A stretch of 64,000 bases of DNA. Source: Candidatus Multivoradales bacterium. Its GTDB lineage: Bacteria > Acidobacteriota > Thermoanaerobaculia > Multivoradales > JAHEKO01. The translations under genes were made by a program, and so were the position numbers. The DNA lies in NCBI GenBank assembly GCA_965223155.1, contig CBDCVR010000014.1:1184001-1248000 (forward strand). The letters are read 5' to 3'. This document shows positions 1 through 9,655 of this stretch, in pieces. The notes beneath the pieces are model-generated. The model was not told where the DNA came from. It made no database searches and saw nothing but the letters and a program-made list of their open reading frames with translations. Numbering within the stretch: the first letter of the stretch is position 1; each line of letters starts with the position of its first letter.

Positions 1-581
1 TCGGGGTCGTGCTGGGCGCCGCCGGCATCCTGTCGGTGGCGCTCGGCTTTGCCTCCCAGACCTCGGCGTCCAACCTGATCTCGGGACTTTTCCTTCTGGG
101 GGAACGGCCGTTCGCGATCGGGGACGTCATCCACGTGGGCGGCACCACCGGCGAGGTTCTGTCGATCGACCTGCTTTCGGTCAAGCTCCGGACCTTCGAC
201 AACCTGTTCGTGCGCATTCCCAACGAGACCCTGATCAAGTCCGAGGTGCGCACGTTGACGCGCTACCCGATCCGGCGTTTGGATCTCCACTTCGAGGTCG
301 CCTACAAGGAAGACATCGAACGGGTGCACGAGATCCTCCTCGAGCTGGCCGACGAGAACCCGATGTGCCTCGACGAGCCCAAGCCGCTCTTCGTTGTGCA
401 GGGCTTTGAGGAATCGGGCGTGCGCCTCCAGTTTTCGCCTTGGACCACGCAGCAGAACCTCGTCGAGCTCAAGACGTCGATCCAGACCGAGATCCTGGAG
501 CGCTTCCGCCGGGAAGGAATCGACATCCCCTTCCCGCACTGCGTGGTGCTTCCGGCCGGGGAGCCCGACCGCCGCGCCTGA
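1..581 (+). CDS. Small-conductance mechanosensitive channel (MscS family), 5'-truncated by window edge
   Basis: Motifs LGFASQ..SNLISG, PF.IGD.I, G.V..I.L, IPN, GIDIPFP. Confidence 0.9.
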   Translation, partial: GVVLGAAGILSVALGFASQTSASNLISGLFLLGERPFAIGDVIHVGGTTGEVLSIDLLSVKLRTFDNLFVRIPNETLIKSEVRTLTRYPIRRLDLHFEVAYKEDIERVHEILLELADENPMCLDEPKPLFVVQGFEESGVRLQFSPWTTQQNLVELKTSIQTEILERFRREGIDIPFPHCVVLPAGEPDRRA

Positions 582-593
582 CGGATTCGAAGC

Positions 594-1208
594 TCAGAGG
601 TCCGGCAGCTCGTCGACCAAGTTCTGCGCGCGAAGCTCTTCCTTCGTCTCGCTCCATCTGCGCGCGACGTGCTCCAGCTCGATGTAGAGCGTCGGAATCC
701 CATACCGTTCCCGAGCAACCTCTATTAGGTTCCGGTAGCGATTGTAGACGTAGATGACCCGGCTGCCGCTGATCTTGAACGCCAGCTTGTCGTGAATCGA
801 GCCGGCTCCCACGGCGGCGCAGAGGTCTTCGAAGTGATTGAGGTGGGTTTTCAGCCGAATGAAGGCCGGGCTATCGTCAAACAGAGCCTCGGCGGTACGG
901 CGACTCAAGCTCTCAAGGCGGCCACAGTCGTACTTCGTCTCCAACTCCAAGCAGATCTGGGTCTCGAGCTCTGCGTCATCCAATCGATCGTCGATCGCTC
1001 GCTGAGCCTGAAGCTTGTTCCAACTGTTCGACTGACGAAGCTGGCGTTCAACTAAGCGGATCTGGTTCTCGGTAAGTCCGATCTGGTTGGCCGCCAGCTG
1101 AACCTGCTTGGCAACGTAGACCAGCGAAAACAGAGCCGCGGCCGAGATGACTAGGCCAGCGAACGAAATCCAAACGTTCAGAGAAGGAACAATCGCATCT
1201 GGAAACAA
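594..1208 (-). CDS. Hypothetical protein with N-terminal TM helix (DUF4760-like)
   Basis: 204 aa ORF, visibly lower GC; N-terminal TM helix, LNHFEDLCAAV..G and Y.ELE..A.RW resemble DUF4760; TTG start uncertain. Confidence 0.6.
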   Translation of the reverse strand: MFPDAIVPSLNVWISFAGLVISAAALFSLVYVAKQVQLAANQIGLTENQIRLVERQLRQSNSWNKLQAQRAIDDRLDDAELETQICLELETKYDCGRLESLSRRTAEALFDDSPAFIRLKTHLNHFEDLCAAVGAGSIHDKLAFKISGSRVIYVYNRYRNLIEVARERYGIPTLYIELEHVARRWSETKEELRAQNLVDELPDL

Positions 1209-1471
1209 GGAAATCCCCGAGCTTCGCAGACTCCGAGTCTTCCCCGCGGCCCTGGGGCCGGAAACTTCGGGTTAGATGGTGTCGCGGTTCATCGTTGTCT
1301 GACAGTCGGTAACTGTTGGCAAAATATAGACTTCGGTGGATTTCATGTCAAGCAGCTCGCAAGGAAAATCAACGCAAACTCCATGCCACTCCGGGCCTGA
1401 AATACCGACAACGCCGCCGCCTGCATCTCTATTCCCATTGGGTCACTCGACCTCCAAAGCACGCCTCGCGG

Positions 1472-2272
1472 CTACGAGAACTCGGGGTCGCGCTTGGCGA
1501 CGAAGGCGTCGTAGGACTCCCGGAAGTTGGGATCCTCCATGCACGCGGCCTGGATCTCGACCTCGGCCTGGAGGGCGGATTCAAAGTCCATGGCCGCCTC
1601 GCGCAGCACCATCTTCTTGGTGACCTCGAGGCCGAACGATGGTCCCCGGGCCAGCCGCTCGGCCCAGGAACGCGCCAGGGCGGGCAGCTCGTCTTTCGCC
1701 GCCACCCGGTTGTAGAGGCCTATGCGATGGGCCTCCTCGGCGGAGACGAAGTCGCCCGTCATCAGGAGCTCCATCGCGCGCCCCTGGCCGACGATCCGGG
1801 GCAGGAGCCAGGCAGCGCCCATGTCGGCGCCCGAAAGGCCGACCTTGGTGAACAGAAAGGCGATCCTGGCGTCGTCGGCGGCGATGCGCACGTCGCAAGC
1901 GCTGGCGATAACCGCGCCGGCTCCGGCCACGAGGCCGTTCAGCGCCCCGACGATGGGGCGCCTGCAGCGCAGCATGGCCAGCACGAGCGCGCCGGTCTTG
2001 CGAGTGAAGTCCAACAGACCCTGGTAGTCCTTGCCGAAGAGCTCGCCGATGATGTCGTGGACGTCGCCGCCGCTGCAGAAGGCCTTACCCGCTCCGGTGA
2101 GGAGAATCGCCCGAACTCCGGGCTCGGTGTCCAGGGCTTCGAAGGCCAGCCGTAGCTCTTCGTAAACCTCGAAGGTCAGCGCGTTGTAGCGTGCGGGCCG
2201 ATCCAAGGTGAGAATCGCGACCCCCGAGCCGCCGTCCAGCTCGTAGCGGAAGCTCTTGGGCTCGAGGGTCAT
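1472..2272 (-). CDS. Enoyl-CoA hydratase/isomerase family protein
   Basis: LDRP..YNAL, AFCSGGDV, GAGAVIA.ACD.R; ATG 2272 overlaps the RidA stop (ATGA). Confidence 0.92.
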   Translation of the reverse strand: MTLEPKSFRYELDGGSGVAILTLDRPARYNALTFEVYEELRLAFEALDTEPGVRAILLTGAGKAFCSGGDVHDIIGELFGKDYQGLLDFTRKTGALVLAMLRCRRPIVGALNGLVAGAGAVIASACDVRIAADDARIAFLFTKVGLSGADMGAAWLLPRIVGQGRAMELLMTGDFVSAEEAHRIGLYNRVAAKDELPALARSWAERLARGPSFGLEVTKKMVLREAAMDFESALQAEVEIQAACMEDPNFRESYDAFVAKRDPEFS

Positions 2273-2721
2273 GGGCTCGTCTCCCCGGAATTCGACTCCG
2301 GCCTGCTCTTCGGGGAATCTCCAGGCAGCGCGGCCAGCGCCTGAATCTCGACCTTCGCGCCCCGATCCACTAGCGCCGAGACCTCGACCAGGGCCATCGC
2401 CGGATAGTGGCTGCCCATCGTCTCCCGGTAGCCCGCGCCCACCGGTCCGAGCGAGCTCAGATACTCCTTCTTGTCGGTCACGAAGATGGTGAGCTGAAGG
2501 ACGTGCTCGGCAACGCCGCCGGCCTCGGTCACTACCGCCAGGACGTTCGCCAGGGCCTGCCGGAACTGCTCGGAGAATTCCTCGGAGACGAGGCGCATCG
2601 AGCCGTCCCAACCGATCTGGCCAGCCACCGCCAAGAGGCGCGAGCCCGCTGGAGCCAGAACGCCATGCGAGTACCCGCGCGGCGCCCCCAGGGTCTGGGG
2701 ATTCACGATCTCGGGCCTCAT
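2269..2721 (-). CDS. RidA/YjgF/UK114 family protein
   Basis: GYSHG, VAGQIG, YPAMALVEV..L, VEIQA; ATGA overlaps on both sides. Confidence 0.9.
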   Translation of the reverse strand: MRPEIVNPQTLGAPRGYSHGVLAPAGSRLLAVAGQIGWDGSMRLVSEEFSEQFRQALANVLAVVTEAGGVAEHVLQLTIFVTDKKEYLSSLGPVGAGYRETMGSHYPAMALVEVSALVDRGAKVEIQALAALPGDSPKSRPESNSGETSP

Positions 2722-3497
2722 GCCTGGACACCGCCCCCGTCCAGCACAAGCGCCTGGCCGTTGACGCCGCCAGAACGAGAATCGCACAGGCCGAGCACCT
2801 GGAACGCCACCTCGTCGGCCGTGAAGATCCGTCCCTGGGGACTCGCGGCTTCGAGCCTCCTGCGGGCCTCGGCTTCGTCGAGGCCGGTCTTGCCCACGAT
2901 CCGCGCCACCGATTCGACCGTCATCTCGGTGTCAACGTAGCCGGGGCAGACGGCGTTGACCGTCACGCCCCGGGCCGCGACCTCGCTCGCCGCCGCCCGG
3001 GTGAAGCCCACCACCGCGTGCTTGGCGGCCACGTAGGCCGCGATGTACGGCGCGCCGATGCGGCCGGCGATCGAGGCGATGTTGACCACCCGGCCCCAAC
3101 CGGCTTCCAGCATGCCGGGCAAGAACGCTCGGGTGCAGAGAAACGTGCCGGTGGCGTTGACCGTCAGCAACCGGTTCCAGTCGTCGAGCGTGGTCTTGAC
3201 CAGCGGCGCCGAGTACGCGGTGCCGGCGTTGTTGACCAGAATGTCGATGTTCCCGAGCCGGTCGATCGCGGCTTCGGCCAGGGCTTCGACCTCCACCTCG
3301 CTGGCGACGTCGCAGGCAAGAGCGTGAGCTTCGCCGCCGGCTTCCCGGATCTCGGCGGCCACGGCCTCGATCTCGTCCAAACTCCGGGCCGAAACCGCCA
3401 CCGCGGCTCCTTCTCCCGCCAGCAGCCGTGCCACCGCCGCGCCGATGCCACGGCCTCCTCCGGTCACGACCGCCCGCCGTCCTGCCAGCACGCTCAC
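2718..3497 (-). CDS. Short-chain dehydrogenase/reductase (3-hydroxyacyl-CoA dehydrogenase-like)
   Basis: TGGGRGIG, NNAG, YVAAK catalytic motif, VNAVCPG. Confidence 0.93.
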   Translation of the reverse strand: MSVLAGRRAVVTGGGRGIGAAVARLLAGEGAAVAVSARSLDEIEAVAAEIREAGGEAHALACDVASEVEVEALAEAAIDRLGNIDILVNNAGTAYSAPLVKTTLDDWNRLLTVNATGTFLCTRAFLPGMLEAGWGRVVNIASIAGRIGAPYIAAYVAAKHAVVGFTRAAASEVAARGVTVNAVCPGYVDTEMTVESVARIVGKTGLDEAEARRRLEAASPQGRIFTADEVAFQVLGLCDSRSGGVNGQALVLDGGGVQA

Positions 3498-3509
3498 CTC
3501 GACAGAATA

Positions 3510-4304
3510 CTAAGTTTCGGTCGGACCCGCTCCGGTCTGACCTGCGGCTTCGAGCACCGCTTCCTCCAGAATGCGGCCGAGCACGGCGACCGTCTCGCGG
3601 CCCTCGGCGGCGCTGGCGGCGGCCGGGTCTCCGAAATAGGCCTCGGGGCCGCCGGCCTCGGCGAAGGTAGCCTTGCCCGCCTGGATCGCGGGAACCAGAG
3701 AAACCGGGTTGGGCGGCAGCTCTTCGCGGCCGGGCCGCACCAGGTCGGGGCGCTCGGCCAGGACGATCGAGCTCTCGTACTGGCCGGCGTGGCAGGCGCC
3801 GCTTCGGAACTCCTCGGTCAACCACAGCGCCCAGGGCTTGCGGGTCACGTCGGGAAAGACCACGCGGAGGGCGGCTGCCGGCCCAGCTTCGGCGACCGCA
3901 TCCGCCGCGGCCCGCAGCGAGGCCAGATGCGTGGGATCGAGATGGGCGTTGGCTATCGCCAGCCAGCCGATGCCGGCTCGACCCAGCGAGCGCGCGATGT
4001 CGGTGACGACCGCGGTGACCGTCTCCGGACGCAGGGACACCGTGCCCGGAAACTCGGCGGCAAAGGGCGCCGCGGTGTAGTCGAGCGCCGGCAACACCAG
4101 AGCCGTCCAGCCCCGCCGCTCGAGGCGCCGGGCGCCCTCCCGCGCCATGGCCTCGGCGATGACGCCGTCGGTGGCGAGCGGCAAATGGGGGCCATGCGCC
4201 TCGACCGCGCCGACGGGCAAGACCGCCACGACCGGAGTCGCGGTCTCTTTGCCGAGGTCGCGCACTTCGGTCCAGGAAAGCTCGGACCATCGTCTAGCGG
4301 CCAT
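3510..4304 (-). CDS. Creatininase/amidohydrolase family protein
   Basis: [36 protein letters not shown]. Confidence 0.9.
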   Translation of the reverse strand: MAARRWSELSWTEVRDLGKETATPVVAVLPVGAVEAHGPHLPLATDGVIAEAMAREGARRLERRGWTALVLPALDYTAAPFAAEFPGTVSLRPETVTAVVTDIARSLGRAGIGWLAIANAHLDPTHLASLRAAADAVAEAGPAAALRVVFPDVTRKPWALWLTEEFRSGACHAGQYESSIVLAERPDLVRPGREELPPNPVSLVPAIQAGKATFAEAGGPEAYFGDPAAASAAEGRETVAVLGRILEEAVLEAAGQTGAGPTET

Positions 4305-4456
4305 CTCCGGAGTCTAGCCTGACCGCGCGAGCGGAACGCCTCGAGGAGGCTCCGCGTCGCGGGTGCCACGTCGTTCGGGGTCGATCGGCACCGATCCGTT
4401 CCAGTCCGAGCCAGTCCGAGCCAGTCTGTGGCAGGGCGATATGCTCCGAGCCACCC

Positions 4457-5641
4457 GTGGCGGACACGACCTTTCTCCAGTGGCCCTTCTTCGAGGACTC
4501 CCATCGGCGGCTTGCCGCGGAGCTGGAAGCCTGGTGCGAAACGCAACTGGGAGGCGCCGGCGACGATCCGGAGGACGTGGCCGGCGCGACCCGCGCACTC
4601 GTCAACTCCCTCGGCCGGGACGGCTGGCTGCGGCACGCGGTCGTCGCTCCGCACGGCGCCGGCACGGCTCTCGACGTGAGGACTCTGTGTCTTTGCCGGG
4701 AAACCCTGGCTCGGTATGACCCGCTCGCCGACTTCGCCTTCGCCATGCAGGGGCTCGGCAGCGGCCCGATCTCGCTCTTCGGAACCGACGAGCAGAAGGC
4801 CCGCTTCCTGCCCGGAGTTGCGTCCGGCGCGAGCCTGGCGGCCTTCGCCCTGTCCGAGGCCGAAGCCGGCTCCGACGTCGGCGCTCTGACGACCCGGGCC
4901 GTCGCCGATGGAGACGGCTTCGTTCTGAGCGGCGCCAAGACCTGGATCTCGAACGCGGGCATCGCCGGCCACTACGTGGTCTTCGCTCGGACCGACGAGC
5001 CGACCGAGGACGCGACCGGCACCCGCAATCTCGCGGCCTTCGTGGTCGAGGCCAATCGCGACGGGCTGGCGATCGAAGCGCCCATCGAAACCGTGGCGCC
5101 TCATCCTCTCGGCACGATCGGTTTCGATGGCTGCCGGGTGCCAAAGAAGAACCTCCTGGGCAAGCCCGGTGACGGCTTCCGGATCGCCATGGCGACACTC
5201 GACGTCTTCCGCTCGACGGTGGGCGCCGCCGCCCTGGGCATGGCCCGCCGGGCGCTCGAGGCGAGCATCGCCCGGTCCCGCGAGCGCCACGTCGGCGGCG
5301 AGCCGCTGGCCACGAGGCAGCTCATCCAGGCCAAGCTCGCGGACATGGCCCTCGACATCGACGCCGCGGCGCTCCTCGTCTACCGGGCAGCCTGGACCAA
5401 GGACACCACCGGCGATCGCGGCACCCGGGTGGCGGCGATGGCGAAACTCGCGGCCACCGAGGCGGCGCAACGTGTGATCGACGAGGCGGTCCAGATCCAC
5501 GGCGGCACCGGCGTCGTCAAGGGCGGGGTTCCCGAGAGGCTCTACCGAGAGATCCGCGCGCTGCGCATCTACGAGGGCACCAGCGAGATCCAGCGGCTCG
5601 TTATCGCCCGCCAGCTCTTGCGGGAGAATTCCCGGGCATGA
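4457..5641 (+). CDS. Acyl-CoA dehydrogenase
   Basis: [35 protein letters not shown]. Confidence 0.95.
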   Translation: MADTTFLQWPFFEDSHRRLAAELEAWCETQLGGAGDDPEDVAGATRALVNSLGRDGWLRHAVVAPHGAGTALDVRTLCLCRETLARYDPLADFAFAMQGLGSGPISLFGTDEQKARFLPGVASGASLAAFALSEAEAGSDVGALTTRAVADGDGFVLSGAKTWISNAGIAGHYVVFARTDEPTEDATGTRNLAAFVVEANRDGLAIEAPIETVAPHPLGTIGFDGCRVPKKNLLGKPGDGFRIAMATLDVFRSTVGAAALGMARRALEASIARSRERHVGGEPLATRQLIQAKLADMALDIDAAALLVYRAAWTKDTTGDRGTRVAAMAKLAATEAAQRVIDEAVQIHGGTGVVKGGVPERLYREIRALRIYEGTSEIQRLVIARQLLRENSRA

Positions 5642-7977
5642 AGATCTCGGTCATCGGCGGCGGGCCCGGAGGCCTCTACTTCGCGCTTCTGGCCAAGAAA
5701 GAGTGGCCCGGCCACGAGATCACCGTCTACGAGCGCAACCGGCCCGACGACACCTTCGGCTTCGGCGTCGTCTTCAGCGACGAGACCTTGGGCATCTTCC
5801 AGGACTACGACGAGCCCTCGTACGAGGCCATCCGGCGGAACTTCGCCTATTGGGACGACGTCGAGATCGTCTTCAAGGACCGCTCCTTCCGGATCGCCGG
5901 CAACGGCTTCGCCGGCTGTTCGCGCCAATCGCTGCTACGGCTCCTGCAGGAGCGCTGCCGCGAGCTGGGCGTCGAGCTGGTCTTCGAATACGAGTTCGAG
6001 CCCGCCTTGCTGGACCAGGATCCATTCGCCGCGAGCGATCTCGTGGTGGCCGCCGACGGCATCAACAGCAAGATCCGCGAGGCGTTTCCGGACGAGTTCG
6101 GGACCACGGTCGACGAGCGCGAGAACATGTTCTGCTGGCTCGGATCGACGCGTGAGTCCGACGCCTTCGAGTACTTCTTTCGCGACAGCGGCCATGGACC
6201 GATCGTGGCCCACTGCTACCAGTACGAGCCGGGCCGTAGCACTTGGGTGATCGAGCTGTCAGAGGAGACTTGGCAAGGGCTCGGCTTCGACCGGCTGGAC
6301 GACGCCCAAGGCGAGCACATCCCGACCATCGAGAACCTCTTTGCCGACGTCCTGGACGGCCACCGGCTCCTCGACAACCGTTCCCTGTGGCGGCGGTTCC
6401 CCACCATCCGGAACCGTTCCTGGGTCAAGGACAACATCGCGCTCCTGGGCGACGCCAAGACCACCGCCCACTACTCGATCGGCTCGGGCACCAAGCTGGC
6501 CATGGAGGACGCCATCGGCCTACTGGAGGCCCTGCGCGCGCACTCGACCGTCCCCGAGGCGCTTGCCGGTTATCAGGAGCTCCGCGGCGACGAGGTGGGC
6601 AAGACCCAGCACGCCGCCGACGTGTCGCTGCGCTGGTTCGAGGCCATGGATCTCCATTGGAACCAGGATCCCGAGCAGTTCGCTTTCGGAGTCATGTCCC
6701 GCTCGAAGCAGATCACCTACGAGAACCTCCAGCTCCGGGATCGGGACTTCGTCGCCGTCGTAGACCGCTGGTTTCTGGACCGGGTCCGGGAGCAGGGCTT
6801 CGAGGTCGCCGAGGGCACGCCGCCGATGTTCACGCCCTTCCGGTTGCGCGAGATGGTCGTGCCCAACCGCGTGGTGGTCTCGCCCATGGCCCAGTACTCG
6901 GCCGTCGACGGGGTGCCGGGCGACTGGCACTTCCAGCACCTGGCGAGCCGCGCCTTGGGAGGGGCCGGCCTGGTGTTCGTCGAGATGACCTGTCCGTCGC
7001 CCGAAGCCCGGATCACGCCGGGCTGTACGGGACTCTGGAACGGCGAGCAGTGCCAGGCCTGGAAGCGCATCGTCGACTTCATCCACGCCGAAAGCGAGGC
7101 CAAGCTCTGCTTGCAACTGGGGCACGCCGGCCGCAAGGGCTCGACCCAGTTGGGCTGGGAGACCATGGACCGGCCGCTGCCGGACGGCAACTGGCCGCTG
7201 GTCTCAGCCTCGCCTCTGCCCTACCTCGACGACGTCAGCCAGAAGCCCGAAGAGCTTTCGGAAGACGGCATGCGGAGGATCACGGAGGAATTCGTGGACT
7301 CGGCGCAGCTGGCCGAGCGCGCGGGCTTCGACATGCTCGAGCTCCACATGGCCCACGGGTACCTGCTGGCGAGCTTCATCTCGCCGCTCACCAATCAACG
7401 CACAGACGCCTACGGCGGTTCAATCGAAAACCGGATGCGCTTTCCTCTGGCGCTCTTTCGAGCGGTGCGCGGAGCCTGGCCGGACTCGAAGCCCATGTCG
7501 GTCCGAATCTCGGCCGAGGACTGGGCCGAGGGCGGTCTTTCGACCGGCGACCTGGTCGCCTTGACCGGCCTGCTGGCCGAGGCCGGGGTGGATCTCATCG
7601 ACGTTTCCACCGGCCAGACCGTGCCTTGGCAGAAGCCGGTCTACGGCCGCATGTACCAGACGCCTTTCGCCGATCGCGTGCGCCACGCCCACGGCATCGC
7701 CACCATGGCGGTCGGCAACATCACCACCCCGGACCAGGTCAACACGATCGTGCTCCAGGGACGGGCGGACCTCGTCGCGATTGCCCGCGCGCACCTGACC
7801 AATCCGTACTTCACGCACCATGCCGCGGCCTGGTATGGCTTCGACGGACACTCCTGGCCCAAGCAGTACTGGTCCGGCCGCGACCAGGCGCTACGCCTCG
7901 CCGAACGCGAGCGCGAGGAGTATCAGCGGGACAAGGAAGCCCTCCGGCCCAAGAGCCACGCGGTCGAAGACTCCTGA
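5638..7977 (+). CDS. abmA: Bifunctional 2-aminobenzoyl-CoA (or salicylyl-CoA) monooxygenase/reductase
   Basis: N-terminal FAD monooxygenase ([31 protein letters not shown]) fused to an old-yellow-enzyme domain ([15 protein letters not shown]). Confidence 0.88.
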   Translation: MKISVIGGGPGGLYFALLAKKEWPGHEITVYERNRPDDTFGFGVVFSDETLGIFQDYDEPSYEAIRRNFAYWDDVEIVFKDRSFRIAGNGFAGCSRQSLLRLLQERCRELGVELVFEYEFEPALLDQDPFAASDLVVAADGINSKIREAFPDEFGTTVDERENMFCWLGSTRESDAFEYFFRDSGHGPIVAHCYQYEPGRSTWVIELSEETWQGLGFDRLDDAQGEHIPTIENLFADVLDGHRLLDNRSLWRRFPTIRNRSWVKDNIALLGDAKTTAHYSIGSGTKLAMEDAIGLLEALRAHSTVPEALAGYQELRGDEVGKTQHAADVSLRWFEAMDLHWNQDPEQFAFGVMSRSKQITYENLQLRDRDFVAVVDRWFLDRVREQGFEVAEGTPPMFTPFRLREMVVPNRVVVSPMAQYSAVDGVPGDWHFQHLASRALGGAGLVFVEMTCPSPEARITPGCTGLWNGEQCQAWKRIVDFIHAESEAKLCLQLGHAGRKGSTQLGWETMDRPLPDGNWPLVSASPLPYLDDVSQKPEELSEDGMRRITEEFVDSAQLAERAGFDMLELHMAHGYLLASFISPLTNQRTDAYGGSIENRMRFPLALFRAVRGAWPDSKPMSVRISAEDWAEGGLSTGDLVALTGLLAEAGVDLIDVSTGQTVPWQKPVYGRMYQTPFADRVRHAHGIATMAVGNITTPDQVNTIVLQGRADLVAIARAHLTNPYFTHHAAAWYGFDGHSWPKQYWSGRDQALRLAEREREEYQRDKEALRPKSHAVEDS

Positions 7978-8016
7978 GCCGGCGCTGCTAGGAACCGGCG
8001 CCTCGAGTCCTGGAGG

Positions 8017-9555
8017 CTAGCCCGCCGCCTCGAAGTCGGCGCGGAGCTTGCCGCGGTCGATCTTGCCCAGGTGGGTCCGCGGCAGGTCCTCCATGAGGAC
8101 CACGGTGCGCGGATACTTGTAGGGCTCGAGCCGGTCGCGAGCCCAGGCCTGGAGCTCGGCTTCGAAATCCTCGGGCGCCGCGCCCGCGGCCACGACGAAG
8201 GCACACGGCTTGGCCAGCCCCTCGGCGTCCGCGACTCCGACCACCGCAACCTCGGCCACCGCGGGATGCGACACCAGGCAGTTCTCGAGCTCCTTCGGCG
8301 CCAGCCACTTGCCCGAGACCTTGAGCATGTCATCGCCCCGGCCGCAGTAGACGAAATAGCCATCGGCGTCCTGGCGGACCATGTCTCCCGAAACGAACCA
8401 CTCGCCGCGAAAGGCTTGCCGGGTCTTTTCCGGCCGCTGCCAGTAGCCGTGGGCCCGGGAGTCGCCCCGCACCCAGAGCAGACCCACCTCGCCCGGCGCG
8501 GCGTCACGCCCCTCCTCGTCCCGGACCCGGACTTCGAAGCCCTCAACCGCGGTTCCGAGAGTGCCGGGCCGAACCGCGCCCGGGTGATTGGTGAGGAAAA
8601 CGTGCCACATCTCGGCGGTTCCCAGGCCGTCCAGGATCTCGCTGTCGTAGGTCGCGACCCAGCGGTTGTACAGCTCTTCGGGTAGCGCCTCGCCCGCGCT
8701 GGTCGAGAACCGGAGCGACGAGAGATCTCGATCGGCGGCTCCGGGCGCGGCCAGGAGCTTGCCGATCATGGTCGGGACGTTAATCAGGATGGTCGGCCGG
8801 TGGCGCTCGATGGCGTCGAAGAGCCGCTCCGGGGTCGTTCGCTCCGGGAACAGAACCGCCGAGGCTCCGACCGCGAAGGGAAAGAGCAGATTCGAGCCCG
8901 TGGCATAGCCGAAGAAGAGCTTGGGAACCGAGAGCGTCCGATCCGTCTCCCGGTAGCCGAGAGCGCCCTTGGCGTAGAGCTCGGTGGTATTGACGAACGA
9001 GTTGTGGCTCTGCACGACGGCCTTGGGCTTGCCGGTGGTGCCGCCCGAGAACAACCACACCGCGGCATCGTCGGGATGGGACGGGAAGGTCTCGAGATCG
9101 GCCGGAGCGGCGGCGACCGCGGCCCGGAACTCGGCCGAATCGGCGACCAACGTCGCCAAGAGATGCGAACTGTCCGCCGAGGCTTCGACCAGGTCGGGAA
9201 GGGTCGCCCGTGCCGTCACCACGGCCCGCGCCCGCGTGTACTGGAGAAAGTAGGCCAGCGACTCGGCGCCCAGGTCGGGATTGACCATGACCACGACCGC
9301 GCCGATCTTCAAGGTGCCGAAAATCGCCGCCACCATCTCGACGCCATCGGGCAGGGCAAGGAGCACCCGCTCTTCCGGACGCACGCCGGCCTCGCGCAGG
9401 ATCCGGCCGTACCGGTTTGCCAGGTCCCGGACGTCGCCGTAGCTATGGGTCGAGCCGTCGACCACAAGCGCGGGAGCATCGGCCCGCCCCTCCTCGATCC
9501 GAGCATCCAGGAAGTACGAAGCCATGTTGCCGCCGGGCGCGGATACCGTGGTCAT
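8017..9555 (-). CDS. Benzoate/aminobenzoate-CoA ligase family
   Basis: SGGTTGKPK, KLFFGYATG, SAGEALP, DGLGTAE, GRGDDMLKVSG. Confidence 0.9.
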   Translation of the reverse strand: MTTVSAPGGNMASYFLDARIEEGRADAPALVVDGSTHSYGDVRDLANRYGRILREAGVRPEERVLLALPDGVEMVAAIFGTLKIGAVVVMVNPDLGAESLAYFLQYTRARAVVTARATLPDLVEASADSSHLLATLVADSAEFRAAVAAAPADLETFPSHPDDAAVWLFSGGTTGKPKAVVQSHNSFVNTTELYAKGALGYRETDRTLSVPKLFFGYATGSNLLFPFAVGASAVLFPERTTPERLFDAIERHRPTILINVPTMIGKLLAAPGAADRDLSSLRFSTSAGEALPEELYNRWVATYDSEILDGLGTAEMWHVFLTNHPGAVRPGTLGTAVEGFEVRVRDEEGRDAAPGEVGLLWVRGDSRAHGYWQRPEKTRQAFRGEWFVSGDMVRQDADGYFVYCGRGDDMLKVSGKWLAPKELENCLVSHPAVAEVAVVGVADAEGLAKPCAFVVAAGAAPEDFEAELQAWARDRLEPYKYPRTVVLMEDLPRTHLGKIDRGKLRADFEAAG

Positions 9556-9655
9556 GGGCGAGTTCCGTTTCTACCACCGCCCGCCGGAGGCGCCAAGACG
9601 GCGGCCCGGACCGGGCTCGCCCGGGCTCGAAACCGAACAAGCATAGAATTCTCGG

